In this document: positions 11,621-24,650 of the stretch, piece by piece
Layout of the letters: each line of letters opens with the position of its first letter
Position numbering within the stretch: position 1 is the stretch's first letter
Made by a program: the position numbers and the translations under genes
Notes under the pieces: generated by a model
The model's database searches: none
What the model saw: the letters and a program-made list of their open reading frames with translations, nothing else
Told to the model about the DNA's origin: nothing
Source of the DNA: Malacoraja senta
Lineage: Eukaryota
Length of the DNA: 64,000 nucleotides
Reading direction: 5' to 3'
NCBI GenBank assembly: GCA_038087875.1
Contig: CM075989.1
Coordinates: 7,318,001-7,382,000, forward strand

Positions 11621-13760
11621 GATATGCAGCATGTTATTTAGCTATTGACTGTCTTGCATTCAGGCCAGAGCTGCGTTTGAGTCATCCTTCATGTTGGCAT
11701 TGCTCAGTGATTAAAAGCAAAAGCAGGATTTGATTCTACTTTGCGGTGAGATGGGCGAGGATGGGCTCTTTCCGACCTTTGAACCCGATGGCAAGTCACT
11801 AATTGCAGCATCTCTGTTGCAACCCCTGCTATAACTCATCATGGACGTAGGATCTTGGCCAAATCCTCCCCATTCTCTATCAAGCCCATTTGTTTAAGGT
11901 TTAATTAATTTAACACTGTTGTGTGGTAGAGCTATCTGTTTATCCCTCCACCTCTTTCTGTATTCTAGCTGCGCAGTGTGCCTGTCTCCAGGCTGGGATG
12001 TTTCATTTATGGGATTTGTGGTCGTTCTGTTCTTGGCCAATAGATGAAACTCAATTTGCAGTTATTGCATGCTGATGGCAGTTTAAGTTGCAGCGAATGA
12101 CTGGAAAATGACATCCGTTTCATAAAAAGGATCAGAATTTTTATTTCCAATAATCAACTGCAGCTTAAATTCCAGAAGACTTGCAACGCATACATTTAAA
12201 TCTTCTCGGCCAAATCTGTTCTCTGCTTGCCTCTCTCCCTCTAAGGTTTGTTATGTTGGACTCTGTCAGTTGGCAGTTGTTCGGGCCCAGAGGGCCAGCA
12301 ATCCATCCCATAGCTCCCTCGTGAATGCACAAAGCTTTCAGCTGTTAAGTCAACTCGCCAGACTCTCTGAAGAGCTCCCACTTGCTCGTTTGCATTTGCA
12401 TTCCACAGTATTGATGGCCAAAAGGCTGAACTTGCTTCACCTGCCAATATATTAACTGGCGACACTTCAAGGACAAATCTACAGTTTTTGAGTTTATTCT
12501 GTCATGTGTTGGTCAATGAATTGACCAGCCTAGTGGGAAAATTAGCTGTGGGAAAATTAGTTGTCCCAGTACTATTGTGCCAGGACCCAACTAGGTCTCG
12601 CTTACTGGTTACATGGAAACATAGAAAATACCGATCAAGAGCAGCTATTCTGTCTGTCTTTCTTCCTGTACTTGGTCTAGACATGCAGTGGCCCATTGCA
12701 GTTCCCTGACTCTGTTCGGCCATGATCCATTAACTCCTTCCTGACCTGTGCAACTAGGTTCGATGCCGATCTAGTTCTCAACTGAGCTGATGGCAGATAT
12801 GGCACGACGGGGCTTTGGTCTGAGGAAAGGCTCCCATCCTGAAACATTGCGTATCCATGTTCTCCGCAAATGCTGCCTGACCTGCTGAGTTACTCTTTGG
12901 GCACTTTGTCTTTTTTTTTGTAAACTGGCATCTGCAGTTTCTTGTGTAGACTGGGATTTGGTTTTGCTCCAATTAGTAGCAAGTTTAAACAAGTGAATTT
13001 CCTTCGCTCCATAGATGCTGCTGCACCCGCTGAGTTTCTCCAGCATTTTTGTGTACCTTCGATTTTCCAGCATCTGCAGTTCCTTCTTAAACAAGCGAAT
13101 GTTGTGTTGTTACCATTACTTGCTTTTGTTATTGCTTACCAAAAATGAAATTGAATCATATCACAAGGTATGCCTGTGGATACCATGGAAAGACCAACAA
13201 TCTGTGGTGTTTCATTCATTAAAAATAAACAAAAATTGTAGATACCGATTAATATGCAGCTATTATGTTTATTTGGACAGGTACATGGATAGGAAAGGTT
13301 TAGAGGGATAGGGGCCAAATGTGGGTGAATGGGACTAGCTTTGGTGGGGCATCTTGGTCAGCATGGATGAGTTGGGCTGAAAGCCCTGTTTCCGTGCTGT
13401 ATGACACCACGACTATCTCCGGACCAACAGCAGATCATGACTGGGGCACCGAAGATACACACAAAATGCTGGAGTAATTCAGTGGGACAGGCAGTATCTC
13501 TGGATGTGTAGGAAGGAACGCTGGTTTACACTGAAGATGGACACAAAATACTGGAGTAACTGCATGAGTGGGGTCAGCCATGAAGGCACTGAAATACAGC
13601 CCTGTCCTGCCTTGAGACTGGTTTAGATGGGACATCTTCATCAGCAAGGACGAGTTGGGCCGAAGAGCCTGTTTCCTTGCCGTATGACTTAAAAGCTGAA
13701 ATACAGGACAAACTCAGCAGAATCAGGCAAAATCCGTGGAAAAAGAAACAAATAGAATAA

Positions 13761-13966
13761 AGGGCCTGTCCCACTTGGGCGTCATTTACGCGACATCATT
13801 TACACGTCACGACGCACGACGCGCGCGTCGTGAAGCGCGCATGGTGTGTGGTGACATAGGCAGTGACGCGCGATCGCGCACACGGCGTCCCAGGATTTTG
13901 GGATTCACAAAATCTTCGAGCGCCACCAGCGTGACGCGCAAATGACGCCCAAGTGGGACAGGCCCT
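13761..13966. mobile_element. PIF/Harbinger-type MITE (206 bp)
   Basis: TIR AGGGCCTGTCCCACTTGGGCGTCATTT; TAA TSD at 13758-13760 and 13967-13969. Confidence 0.9.
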
Positions 13967-15869
13967 TAAGTTTCAGCTCAGGAACTTTTAATAGCAAGTT
14001 TCTCTTCCCACAGATGCTGCTTGACCAGCAGATTTTTTCCAGCATCTCCATTAACAATATCTGCTTTTTAAAATGTTTAATCAGAATATTGAGGACGTGT
14101 TGCAGACTTGTTGTTAACTGTTTCTCTTTCATTTATGCTGCCTTACCTGCTGACTATGCCATTTATTGTTTGTTTCTCAGGGTTGTAACTACCACATAGC
14201 AAACTGCCCATATACCTGAAATGAATTTGCAAAGATATGCTGTTATTTCCCCTTTGAGGATCAATATTTGGTTCGAGTTTATGATTAAGTAAATGGAGAA
14301 CCATTCAGTCTGCATAGTCTGACCTTATTTGACTCATTGTTTTATAATCAGATGAAAAACCTTGAAATGTGTAGCATTTGAGAGCAAATTGAAAAACACC
14401 AAAGTCACTTGTGCAAGTTTATAACATTCCTTACTCACAGCGAGTGAACTCTTAATGAAAACACTAAAAATAACCCAAATCATTTTGAATTATGTGCTCG
14501 TGTTTAATTTAATGCCTCTTTATTCTCGAATTTTTTGTCTTGGATCTCTTAAAACACGTAATTCTTTATCCTTTTCTCCTGTGGCATGAATACTGAAAAT
14601 ATTTGACCAAAGTTGGTATTTGTAGAAATGTGTATTTCTAAATATGCCTAGAAATTTGGCTTCACTCTTATTCCATCATTAAACAGATGCTGAGTGAAAG
14701 GGCAAATCAAACCCCCCTAATGTGGCAGACTTCTGACAACCTTCCTAGAAGAATTTGTTGTAGCTTTAAGAAATATTAGAGTAAACCTTGTGCTGCCAAA
14801 GAGAGGGTGCAACTTGGGACAATTTACTATTTTACCAAAGCCAATTAGCCTACAAACCTGTACGTCTTTGGAGTGTGGGAGGAAACTGGAGCACCCGGAG
14901 AAATCCCAAGCAGGTCACAGGGAGAACGTACACAAACTCCGTACACAAAGCACCCATAGTCAGGATTGATCCTGGGTATCTGGCGTCATAAGGCAGCAAC
15001 TCTTCTGCTGTGCCACCGTGCTGCCCTAGGAGGAGGAGAATAAGGAGGGGGGAAATGTCAGGAAGACCCCACTTGACAACATCGACTACAGACTGAGTAG
15101 TCGATGAGCTGCAGTCATCAGCTTACAACTGGCTCGCACTGGGCTGGATGATGCTGGCACTAAGGCTGGTGATACCACGCAGATTGTTGTCGTCCCATCT
15201 ATGACACATGACAGGGAAATTGCACCAAAGCTTTGGTGAATTGTGACAGGAAACGCCTGGTCCAACTTCCCAGTGGGTGGCACCAGACAGGAAATAAGTG
15301 CAAACATTTCAAATATTGCTGTAAATGTTGCTTTTTTTTTTGTAAAGATAGGATTTTTTAATCCAATTTCTAGCCTTGAATGCTTAGAGACTGGAATGTA
15401 TTTGAAATTGGCAGCTTGGTTTAAATTTGCAGAGTTTGAAAAAATCTATTAATCTTTACATGGGTAGAAAAGGTTTAGAGGGATGTTGTCCAAATATAGG
15501 CAGCTGGTGCTAATGTAAGTGGGGCATCTTGGATGGCATGGGCAAGTTGGGCCGAAGAGCTTGTTTCCATTCTCTGACCACATGACGGCTCCATTTACAA
15601 CATTAACTTTGGATTGTTGGTGCAATGTGGTTTAATTGGTAGGACAGTCACCTCATGAAATTCAACCACAGAAGTACATTGACCATAAATTGCCTTGGCT
15701 ATCCTGAAAGGAATCGTGTAGATGTGTAGTGTTTAAGAAGGAACTGCAGATGCTGGAAAATCGAAGGTGGACAAAAGTGCTGGAGAATCTCAGCAGGTGA
15801 GGCAGCATCTATGGAGCGAAGGAAATAGGCGACGTTTCGGGTCGAGACCCTTCTTCTGAAATGCTCCTT

Positions 15870-16340
15870 CGCAAAACAGAGTGCACAATTTTGACGCCAC
15901 ACCAAGAAAGCAAACTAACATGTCTACTTCCTCAGAAGGCTGAGGATATTTGGCATGTCGTACCAATTCTACAGAAGCACCATAGAAGGCGTTTAATCCT
16001 GCTGCATCACATGTTAGTTTGGCTACGGTTCTGCCCAAGACCACAAGCAATTACTGAAGTGTGAGCACAGCCCAGTGCATCGTGGACGCCAGCCTTTCCT
16101 CACCATCCATCATCAACTCATCTACACTTCGTGCTGCTTCGGGGAGCAGCCAACATAAATAAGAACCACTCGCTCCCCAGTCATCCTCTCCCCTCTTCTC
16201 TTTCCCATTGTCCAGAAGATACAAATACTTGTAACCACCGACCACCAGATATCACGAGCAGCTCCTTCCTCCGTCGTCGAACTCTCAAACGGGCATCTCA
16301 TATGCGAAGGATGAATTCATGATCTTCCAACCTACCCCGT
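15870..16340 (+). mobile_element. Decayed Rex1/Babar-like LINE ORF 3' fragment
   Basis: ttcctcagaaggctgagg.tatttggcatgtc...ttctacagaagcaccataga, the FLRRLRxFG / FYRxTIES pattern. Related tails (gattgtaatcatgta...cttttcactgtacc...gacaataaactaaact) at 4085-4210, 6685-6930, 42025-42190(-) and 44095-44220. Confidence 0.72.
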
Positions 16341-17058
16341 TGCTGTAATTGCGTAGCGGGTCAGGCAGCATCTCTGAAGAAAAGGAACGGGTGACATTCC
16401 AGGTCGAGTTAATCCAGCGTTTTGTGTCTATCTTTGTTAAACCTTGAATGGCAGACCAATCTTGGGCAACGGATTCATGAGTGGAGATGGGAAACGGGAA
16501 AAGTGAGTTATGGTTTGATTGTCAGAGGCACCCATTTGAAACCTTCTGATTTCAGCCTCACCCTTCACCCTCACCCTTTCAGCCTGCCCCCTGAAGTGAG
16601 GACATTAGACACTCAATGTCATTAAACAAGGGAACACTAATGTTAGAATCAAATGGGAATGAGCAATGAGATTCCCATACCTGGGAAAGTCATTCTGGGG
16701 AAGGGCACTACCCTATTCTATTCTATAAATTCCATTGACAATAACCATCTCCACCTAGAATGGGTAGAGTGGCGATGTCAGGAATTGGAACATCTGGTTA
16801 GTTTCAATGCTTCTCTCTAGTCAAGAGGTCCTAAGTCCAATTTGTGGGCTCTCACAGGCATCTCTGTTGAGTTCAGAACTTGAAGTGAAGATCTGTGGAA
16901 TCTGAAGGGTAGCAATGCAACACTGCTGGTTTGAACAATGAACATTGACCAATGCAGGAACAAGTCCTTCAGCCCACAATGCTTGTGCTGTACATGATGT
17001 AAAAGTAATCTTGTGATTCACACCAATCCATTCTAAGCTAATCTCCATGCCTATCTAA

Positions 17059-17390
17059 TGGCCCTGTCCCACGGTACGAGTTCATTCCAAGAGCTCTCCC
17101 GAGTTTGCCCTGATTCGAACTCGGAGATTTACGGTAATGGACGCTCGTCGGTACTCGGGGCTCTCGTGGACATTTTTCAACATGTTGAAAAATCTTCACG
17201 AGTCTTCCCGAGCATACCTGCCGTTAGCGAGTCTTCCCAGCTAACCTGCCATTAGCATTATGAGCCGCTAAGAGACGTCCCCGAGCTCCGACGTACCCGC
17301 TACGTTCATTCTCCGTGCTTACCACGAGTTTGATTTTTTTTAAAACTCGGGAGAGCTCTTGGAATGAACTCGTACCGTGGGACAGGGACA
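17059..17390. mobile_element. PIF/Harbinger-type MITE (~330 bp)
   Basis: ~45 bp TIR ccctgtcccacggtacgagttcattccaagagctctcccgagttt; flanks TAA and TTA. Confidence 0.88.
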
Positions 17391-20300
17391 TTAGTCTCTT
17401 CAATGCCACTATTGTATCTGCCTCCACCACCACCACTCCTGGCATCACATTCCATGCACCAGACACTCTCTGCATATAAACACTTACCCCTGTATTTCTC
17501 CTTTACATTTAAAAATGGTTCTGATTGTGTATGCTATCTACTCCTTTCATAATTTTAAATACTTCTCTTGGGTCTGCCTGTAACCACCAACCATCCAGAG
17601 ATTTATGAGAATGTTGCAACAACTCGAGGGCCAGAGCAATAGGGAGAGGTTGGATGGGTTAGGACTTTATTCCTGGGAGTGCAGGAGGGTGAGGAGTAAT
17701 CTTATGGACTTGTATAACATCGTGAGGGGATTAGATAGAGTAAATGCACACTTTCACCCAGAATAGGGGGATCAAGAACCGATGAAAAGGTTTAAGGTGA
17801 GAGGAGAAAGGTTGAATGGAAACCTGAGGTGCAACTTTATCTTACAGAGGATGGAGGGTATATGGAATGAACTGCAAGAGGTGGCAGTTGAGTACGGTAC
17901 TGTGACAACATTTAAAAAGGCATTTGGACAGGTATATGCAGAGGAAAGGTTTAGAGGGATATGGGACAAATGCGGACAGGTGGGACTAGTGTCGGCGTGG
18001 GCAAGTTGGGTGGAAGAGCATGTTTCCATGCTGTATAACTCTATGGCACTAACATCCACTGCCTTACCTCACCAATTGCCCCTCCTCAAACTCAATCAAG
18101 TTCATAAGGCATGACCTGGTATGGACAGCACCATGTTGACTGGTCCTAATTTACCCAAAGATAAACACAAAATGCTGGAGTAACTCAGCGGCACAGGCAG
18201 CATCTCTGGAGAGAAAGAATGGGTGACATTTCGGGTCGAGACCCTTCTTCAGACGGCTTCTGAATGTTCCCCATTCTCTTCCCGAGCTCTGAGGGCTAAT
18301 GGAATTAAGTGATATGGGGGGGAAGCAGGAACCGGGTACTGACTTTGGATGATCAGCCATGATCATAATGAATAGCAGTGCTGACTCGAAGGCCTACTCC
18401 TGCACCTATTTTCTATGTTTTGTGTTTACCTTCGATTTAAACCAGCTTCTGCAGGTCTTTCCTACACATTCTATGTTTCTTCCAATGGAGGTCTTCTTCT
18501 TCTTATCGAGTCCACACACAAGATTAGAAGTTGTTCAGCCAGAGCTTCTTGTGCATGGTGGTGGAAAGGTTGGTGAAAACAGGGCCGCGACGTGAACGCT
18601 CTTTCCTTGACCCCTCCAATGGGGATGAATAACCTCTTAGTTTGTGCTGTGCTATCTGATTGCACAATATCAACTTAATCTTATTCTTTTAATGTTCATT
18701 GAGAAGCCTCAATACATATCCCTTTTTTCTACCACCTCCCCCTTCCCAACCCGATGCTATCAGATGAATTTCAGAGTTAGCAATATAAATTGTCCTTCAC
18801 AAGAGAGCAATCATGCGAGACAGAATATTTCATCAATAAAAATTGTGGGAGTAAAATGTTATCCTTCTGGTTAATCAATTCTAGTTTACTATTCCCTTTT
18901 AATGTATTCCACTTAATGAGGTGTATGAAGTGCAGTTTTAATTTTAATTGCCAGATATTCTGCTTGATTTGCATGTAATACTTACAGACTTTGTCTGCAA
19001 TTATCTATTTAATCTGTGCCTATCCTGCATCAGGGATTGGTTTTACTGAAGATCTTGAATAATTTATTTTTAAAGCCATGTTGATATGAATGTCAAACTT
19101 TTTGGGTGGTAACTAGAAAGGGTGCAACAAAGCTGAGGATGTTACAGGGTGTGGAGGGTTTGAGTTGCAAAGAGAGGCTGAATAGGCCAGGACTTCTTAC
19201 CAGGAGGCTGAGGGGCGAGAAAGGGTTTATAAATCCACCAGGGATGTAAGTACATCCTCCACACTCTTTTTTTCCCCAGGAGAGGGGAATCAAAAACTAA
19301 AGGACATAGTTTTAAGCTGAGAGTGAAAAGATTTAAAAAAGACTGTAGAGGGACAACATTTTCCCATAGAAGGTGGTGTGCATATGAAATGAGCTTCCAG
19401 AGGAGATTTAGGTTTATTATTGTCACATGCACTGAGCTACAGTGAAGAGCTTTGTTTTGCATGCGATCTAATCGGCTCAGAATCTAACCGATTGAGGTGG
19501 GTACATTTGTGACATTTATCAAGGACTTGGACCAGTACATGGATAGGAAAGATTTAGAGGGATTTAGGTCAGGTGCCGGCAAGTGGGAATAGCTCAGTTA
19601 GGCAACTTGCTCAGCATGGATCTGTTGGGCCAAAGGGCCTGTTTCTGTGCTGTACACCTCCAAGACTCTTTTAGATTCTCCTTGGTTATTCAATGCAAGA
19701 CTCCTTGTCACTGCAAGATAGGAGGTTGGGGCTGTACTATGCTTGGTTGATTGCAGTGTGGGGCAATAAATAGCCTTATATCAGAGTTGAATTTCATCAC
19801 CATCTTTTTTGAGATCGGAATATACCAGCAATAAATTATGTTTTTTTTTAAGATAAACACAAAAAATTGCAGTAGCTCAGAGGGACGGGCTGCATCTCTG
19901 GATAGAAGGAATGGGTGACGTTTCGGGTCGAGACCTTTTTTTCAGACTTTTTTTAAAGTTTAGTTTTGGGCTGAGAGCAGGATCACCATTTATTGCCCAT
20001 AATAAATGATCTTTCAAAGTGGTGAGAACAGAGCTGTTGAGTAGTGAGTTCCAGGATTCTAATCAATAACGGTGAAGTACCAGCAATGTATTTCCAAGTC
20101 AAAATGGCGAGTGACGGAAGGGAATCTACAAGTGGTGGTGTCTCCACGTGCCTGCTGCCCTTGTCTTTGGTGGCTAAGGAGTTGTTGGATGGAGGATGAA
20201 AAGATTATTTGGTGGTCTTCCGATCGAGTGGCCTATATTATCTTGGATAGTGTCAAAGCATTGAGTGTTGTTGAATCCACACTCGTCCAGGCAAGTGGCA

Positions 20301-20454
20301 AATTTCCCATCCTGCTGATCGCAACTTTAATGGAAAATGGAAACAAGCCAGCCACTTCTGGAGAATATGCTCGCACAAACAGTAATTTAGTTATGATTCA
20401 AGGAAGGAAAAAAGATCTGCAAGGCAGAGAGACTAATTCCAGTGTTTATTCTTC

Positions 20455-20945
20455 AGAGATACCGCACGGAAACAGTCCCTTTGACCCACCGAGTCCGCAC
20501 CAATCAATGATCGCCCCGTGCATTAGCACCGTCACTGTGGAGGAAAGAACTGCAGATGCTGGTTTAAATTGAAGGTAGACACAAAATGCTGGAGTAACTT
20601 AGCGGGACAGGCAGCATCTCTGGAGAGAAGGAATGGGTAACGTTTCGGGTCGATTTCTTTCCTTCTTTCCAGAGATGCTGCCTGTCTCGCTGAGTTACTC
20701 CAACATTTTGTGTCTACCTTAGCACTGTCACCACACACTAGGGACAATTTCTAATTTTACTGAAGCTAATTAACCTACAAACCTGTACCTCTTTGGAATG
20801 TGAGAAGAAACCAGAGCACCCCGAGGAAACCCACGCGGTCAGAAGGAGAACGTACAAACTCCGTGCTGACAGCACACGTCAGGATTGAACCCGGGTCGCT
20901 GGCGCTGTAAGGCAGCAACTCTACTGTCGTACCACTGTGCCGCCA
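20455..20945 (-). mobile_element. HE1/V-SINE with nested Penelope doublet
   Basis: Insert flanked by ttagcac(c/t)gtcac at 20523-20535 and 20719-20731. Confidence 0.84.
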
Positions 20946-23184
20946 CAGAACTCTGATTCGGTCATATCTATTATTATGATCTATAGTTTTGCATTTAATC
21001 TGAGAAAGTATTGCTCCCTTAAAACGGCATTGAAGTGATTTAAAAAAGCCAGCCTAGCGTATAATTAACCATGTTTACTTTAAACTGCAGCTTAGAGTAC
21101 ATGGGACAAGCATGATAGTGTAAATGCTCTCTTGCTCAAGCGTAAGCAAGGGTCCCAGCTAAATAATTGGGGTCAAGAGGGCTGGATATGGAGAAGAAGC
21201 TGGCCAGCAAAAAATACTGACATATCCAGTGTAATAAAGAATGAGCTTCCATCCATGACTGTGCATTCAATCCCAATTGACTGTTCACCCTCGTTGACAC
21301 ATCTTTTCACTTCATATTCATACTGCATAGACAAATGTTCAGCTGCTCTTGCTTTGCTGGAAAAACCATCTGTCAGTTTATTTTTTCTTCTTCTTCTTCT
21401 TCTTTTCGTGTCCATCTTGTTAGAAATGTTGACCTCGCTGTCATCGTCCGTCCTGAAAAGGGCGCAAGCTTCCCGCGACAATCGGTGGAAGCCATCACTT
21501 GACGCAATAGATGATGCTGGTGGCAGAATTAGCTCAGGATACTTCCAGTTTCCAGCCCCGCGACGTGGACGCTTCTGCTATGGGGCCTATTTTTTAATTC
21601 CAATATATATAGTAAGTTGGAGCAATTTCAGGGCTGTTTGCATCTTTTTGGGGGATTAAGTTGTAGGGAGAAGTTGGATAAGTTGCGACTCTTCTTTGAA
21701 GGGCAGGAGGTTGAAGGGTAACCTTATTAAGGTGTGCATGAACATGAGAGGCATGGGTAAAGTGAATCCTTCCTGCCTGTTTCCCAGGGTTGAGGATTCT
21801 AAAACTAGAGGGCATAGACTTAAAGTGAGAGGGGAAACATTTAAGAGGAACCTCAGGGGCAACCTTTCCACTGAGAAGATAGTCCACAACTCTCGCAGAA
21901 TTTCACTGTGCCTTGTCATGTGGCATTAAAGTAATCCATTCCATATCTGGAATGAGCTGCCAGATGAAGCTATAAAAGCAGATACATGAATGACTTTTAA
22001 AAGACATTTGGACAGATATATGGATGGGAAGGGTTGAGTGGGTTGTGTGTCAAACGCAGGGAAATGGGAGTAGCCCAGTGGATAAGGTGGGCTGAAGGGC
22101 CTGGTTCCATGCTGTGTAGTTCGGACTCTTCACTGGTTAATTTGGGCTAATAGAAGGGGATTGAAAGGGAGAATCTCCCATACTGTTTCATTGAAGTTGA
22201 ACAGTTAGAATAGAAGGAACTGCAGATGTTGGTTTAAACCGAAGATAGACACAAAAAGCTGGAGTAACTCAGCAGGACAGGCAGCATCTCTGGAGGTGCA
22301 TATCCTTTTTGAATATCTTTCCTTCATTGTTCTGTATCTCTCCACATCATCGTCTATATCTCTCATTCCCCTTTTCCCCATCTAGTCTGAAGAAGTGTCT
22401 CGACTCAAAACGTCATCCATTCCTTCTCTCCAAAGATGCTGCCTGTCCCGCTGAGTTACTCCAGCATTTTGTGTCTATCTTCAGTAAGAGCAGATTAGTC
22501 CACAGTACCGTAATTTACCACAGGCTCCATCATTATCGGTGTTCACTTGTAAACATTGCTCTCTTCATGCATCAGATCTAATTCTGAATTGATGTTATTT
22601 AACTTATTGATGTTATGAGTCTGAGTTGAAGTTATTTAACTTCAAATTTTGTTGGTGACCTCTCACGGCAGAAGGTTATCCACAGATAGAACCAAAGCCT
22701 TCGATGATTTTTCTTTTTGATGGTTGCAATTTAAACCCTGAAGAGCAGCTGTATCCTGTGAGCAGATACAGTTGGCAAGTGGAGGAAGATGAATTGGCAT
22801 CACCGTTTTTTTTTCTCTCGGGCTGCATTTGATGGAGATGCTGGGTTTGGCAAAGGTTGCTCACGTCCAAGCAGCTGTCGGGTACTAATTGGTTGGCATG
22901 TGTCAGATACCAGCTGAAGAGACTTGGCCTGCCAGGCAGTTGGAAATTGATTGCCGCCTTCCTACACCGTTGACATCTTGATTTGTGTGTGTGTGTGTGT
23001 TGGCATTGGTTGGCGAGCTTTATTCTGTAGCCAGTGCAAATTTTAACTCGATGGACTCCAGTGCAATGAATAAAACAGTTTCAACTGCCTTCTATGAGAA
23101 TAGAATGACCAGGTACACTGTGAGTGTGGGGTGGTTTATTGTTCCAATATCCACAATCTACTCGTGTGCCTGTGTTTCCATGAG

Positions 23185-23790
23185 ATCATAAGATATAGGA
23201 GCAGAATTAAGGGCCTGTCCCACTTGGCGACTTTTTTCGGCGACTGCCGGCGTCATATCAAGATTTTGAACGTTTCAAAATCCAGCGGCGACCAAAAAAA
23301 TGTTGCGACACTTGATAAAACAGCGCGCCGAATCACGCCGCAAATTTTTCGGTGACCTGATATCTCAGTCAATGATGCCGGCAGTCGCCGAAAAAATCGG
23401 CAAGTGGGACAGGCCCTTTAGGCCATGCAGCTCATCGAGGCTGCTCCACCATTGAATCATGGCTGATCTATTTTTCCCCCTCAATCCCATTCTCCTGCCT
23501 TCTCCCTTTAACCCTTGACTCCCGTACTAATCAAGACTGTCAAACTCCACCTTTAAAAGATACCCGATCACGGCCTCCACAGTTGACTGTGGTTACGAAT
23601 TCCACAGTTTCACCACCCTCTGACAAAATAAATTCCTCCTCATCTCCATTCTAAAGGTACATCCTTTAATGCTAAGTCTGTGCCCTCTGGTCCTAGCCTC
23701 TCCCACTACCGGAAACATCCTCTCCACATCCACTCTATCTACGCCTTTCATTATTCTGCAATATTGAATGAGATCTCCCTCATCCTTTGT
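23185..23790 (-). mobile_element. CR1 3' end (hosts the 23210 MITE)
   Basis: ORF 23593-23838(-): GDLIQYCRIMKGVDRVDVERMFPVVGEARTRGHRL...QRVVKLWNS. Confidence 0.88.
23210..23417. mobile_element. PIF/Harbinger-type MITE inserted in a CR1 tail
   Basis: TIR agggcctgtcccacttg; TTA TSD at 23207-23209 and 23418-23420. Removing it restores ggagcagaattaggccat. Confidence 0.9.
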
Positions 23791-23920
23791 TCTGTTATAC
23801 ATATGCATGACGTGGGTTGCCTCTGGCAAGATCAGCAATTAATGGCCATCCTTAATTACCACTTAAATGAATACCTATCAAGATCATTTTGGAGTTAAAC
23901 ATGCAATGGATTCTGATCGT

Positions 23921-24650
23921 GTTGCAGATGCTGGTTAAAATTGAAGGTAGACACAAAATGCTGGAGTAACTCAGCAGGACAGGCAGCATCTCTGGAGAGA
24001 AGGAATGGGCGATATTTCGGGTTGAGACCCTTCTTCAGATTGATGTCGGGAGGGGACGGGACAGAGATAGAATGTAGGCAGAGACAGTAAATGGTGGGAG
24101 AACTGGGAAGGGGAGGGGATGGAGAGAGAAAGCAAGGGCTATCTGAAGTTAGAGAAGTCAATGTTCATAACGATGGGGTGTAAACTACCCAAGCAAAATA
24201 TTAGGTGTTCCTCCAAATTGCGCTGGGCCTCACTCTGAGGATGGAGGAGGCCCAGGACCAAAAGGTCAGATTGGGAGGGGGAGTTGAAGTGCTGAGCCAC
24301 CGGGAGATCAGGTAGGTTAAGACGGACTGAGCAGAGGTGTTCAACTAAACGATCACCAAGCCTGCGCTTGGTCTCGCCGATGTAGAGAAGTTGACACCTG
24401 GAACAGCGGATACAGTAGATGAGGTTGGAGGAGGTGCAAGTGAACCTCTGCCTCACCTGGAAAGACTGTTTGGGTCCTTGGATGGAGTCGAGGGGGGAGG
24501 TAAAGGGACAGATGTTGCATCTCCTGCGGTTGCAGGGGAAAGTAGCCGGGGAGCGGGTGGTTTGGGTGGGAAGGGACGAGTTGACCAGAGAGTTTCGGAG
24601 GGAATGGTCTCTGCGGAAAGCAGAAAGGGGTGGAGATGGGAAGATGTGGC
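23921..24650 (-). mobile_element. 5'-truncated Penelope-like retroelement (GIY-YIG endonuclease C-terminus plus 3' terminal repeat)
   Basis: ORF 24139-24687(-): AFRRDHSLRNSLV...PCNRRRCNICP...FTCTSSNLIYCIRCSRCQLLYIGETKRRLGDRLVEH, the PLE GIY-YIG/CCHH region. It runs directly into the short repeat found across the window. Confidence 0.93.

Noticed and set aside
18060..18150. Minus-strand exon with a GTAAG donor
   Set aside because: Translates as SQHG...RSCLMNLIEF, a decayed CR1 reverse-transcriptase motif.
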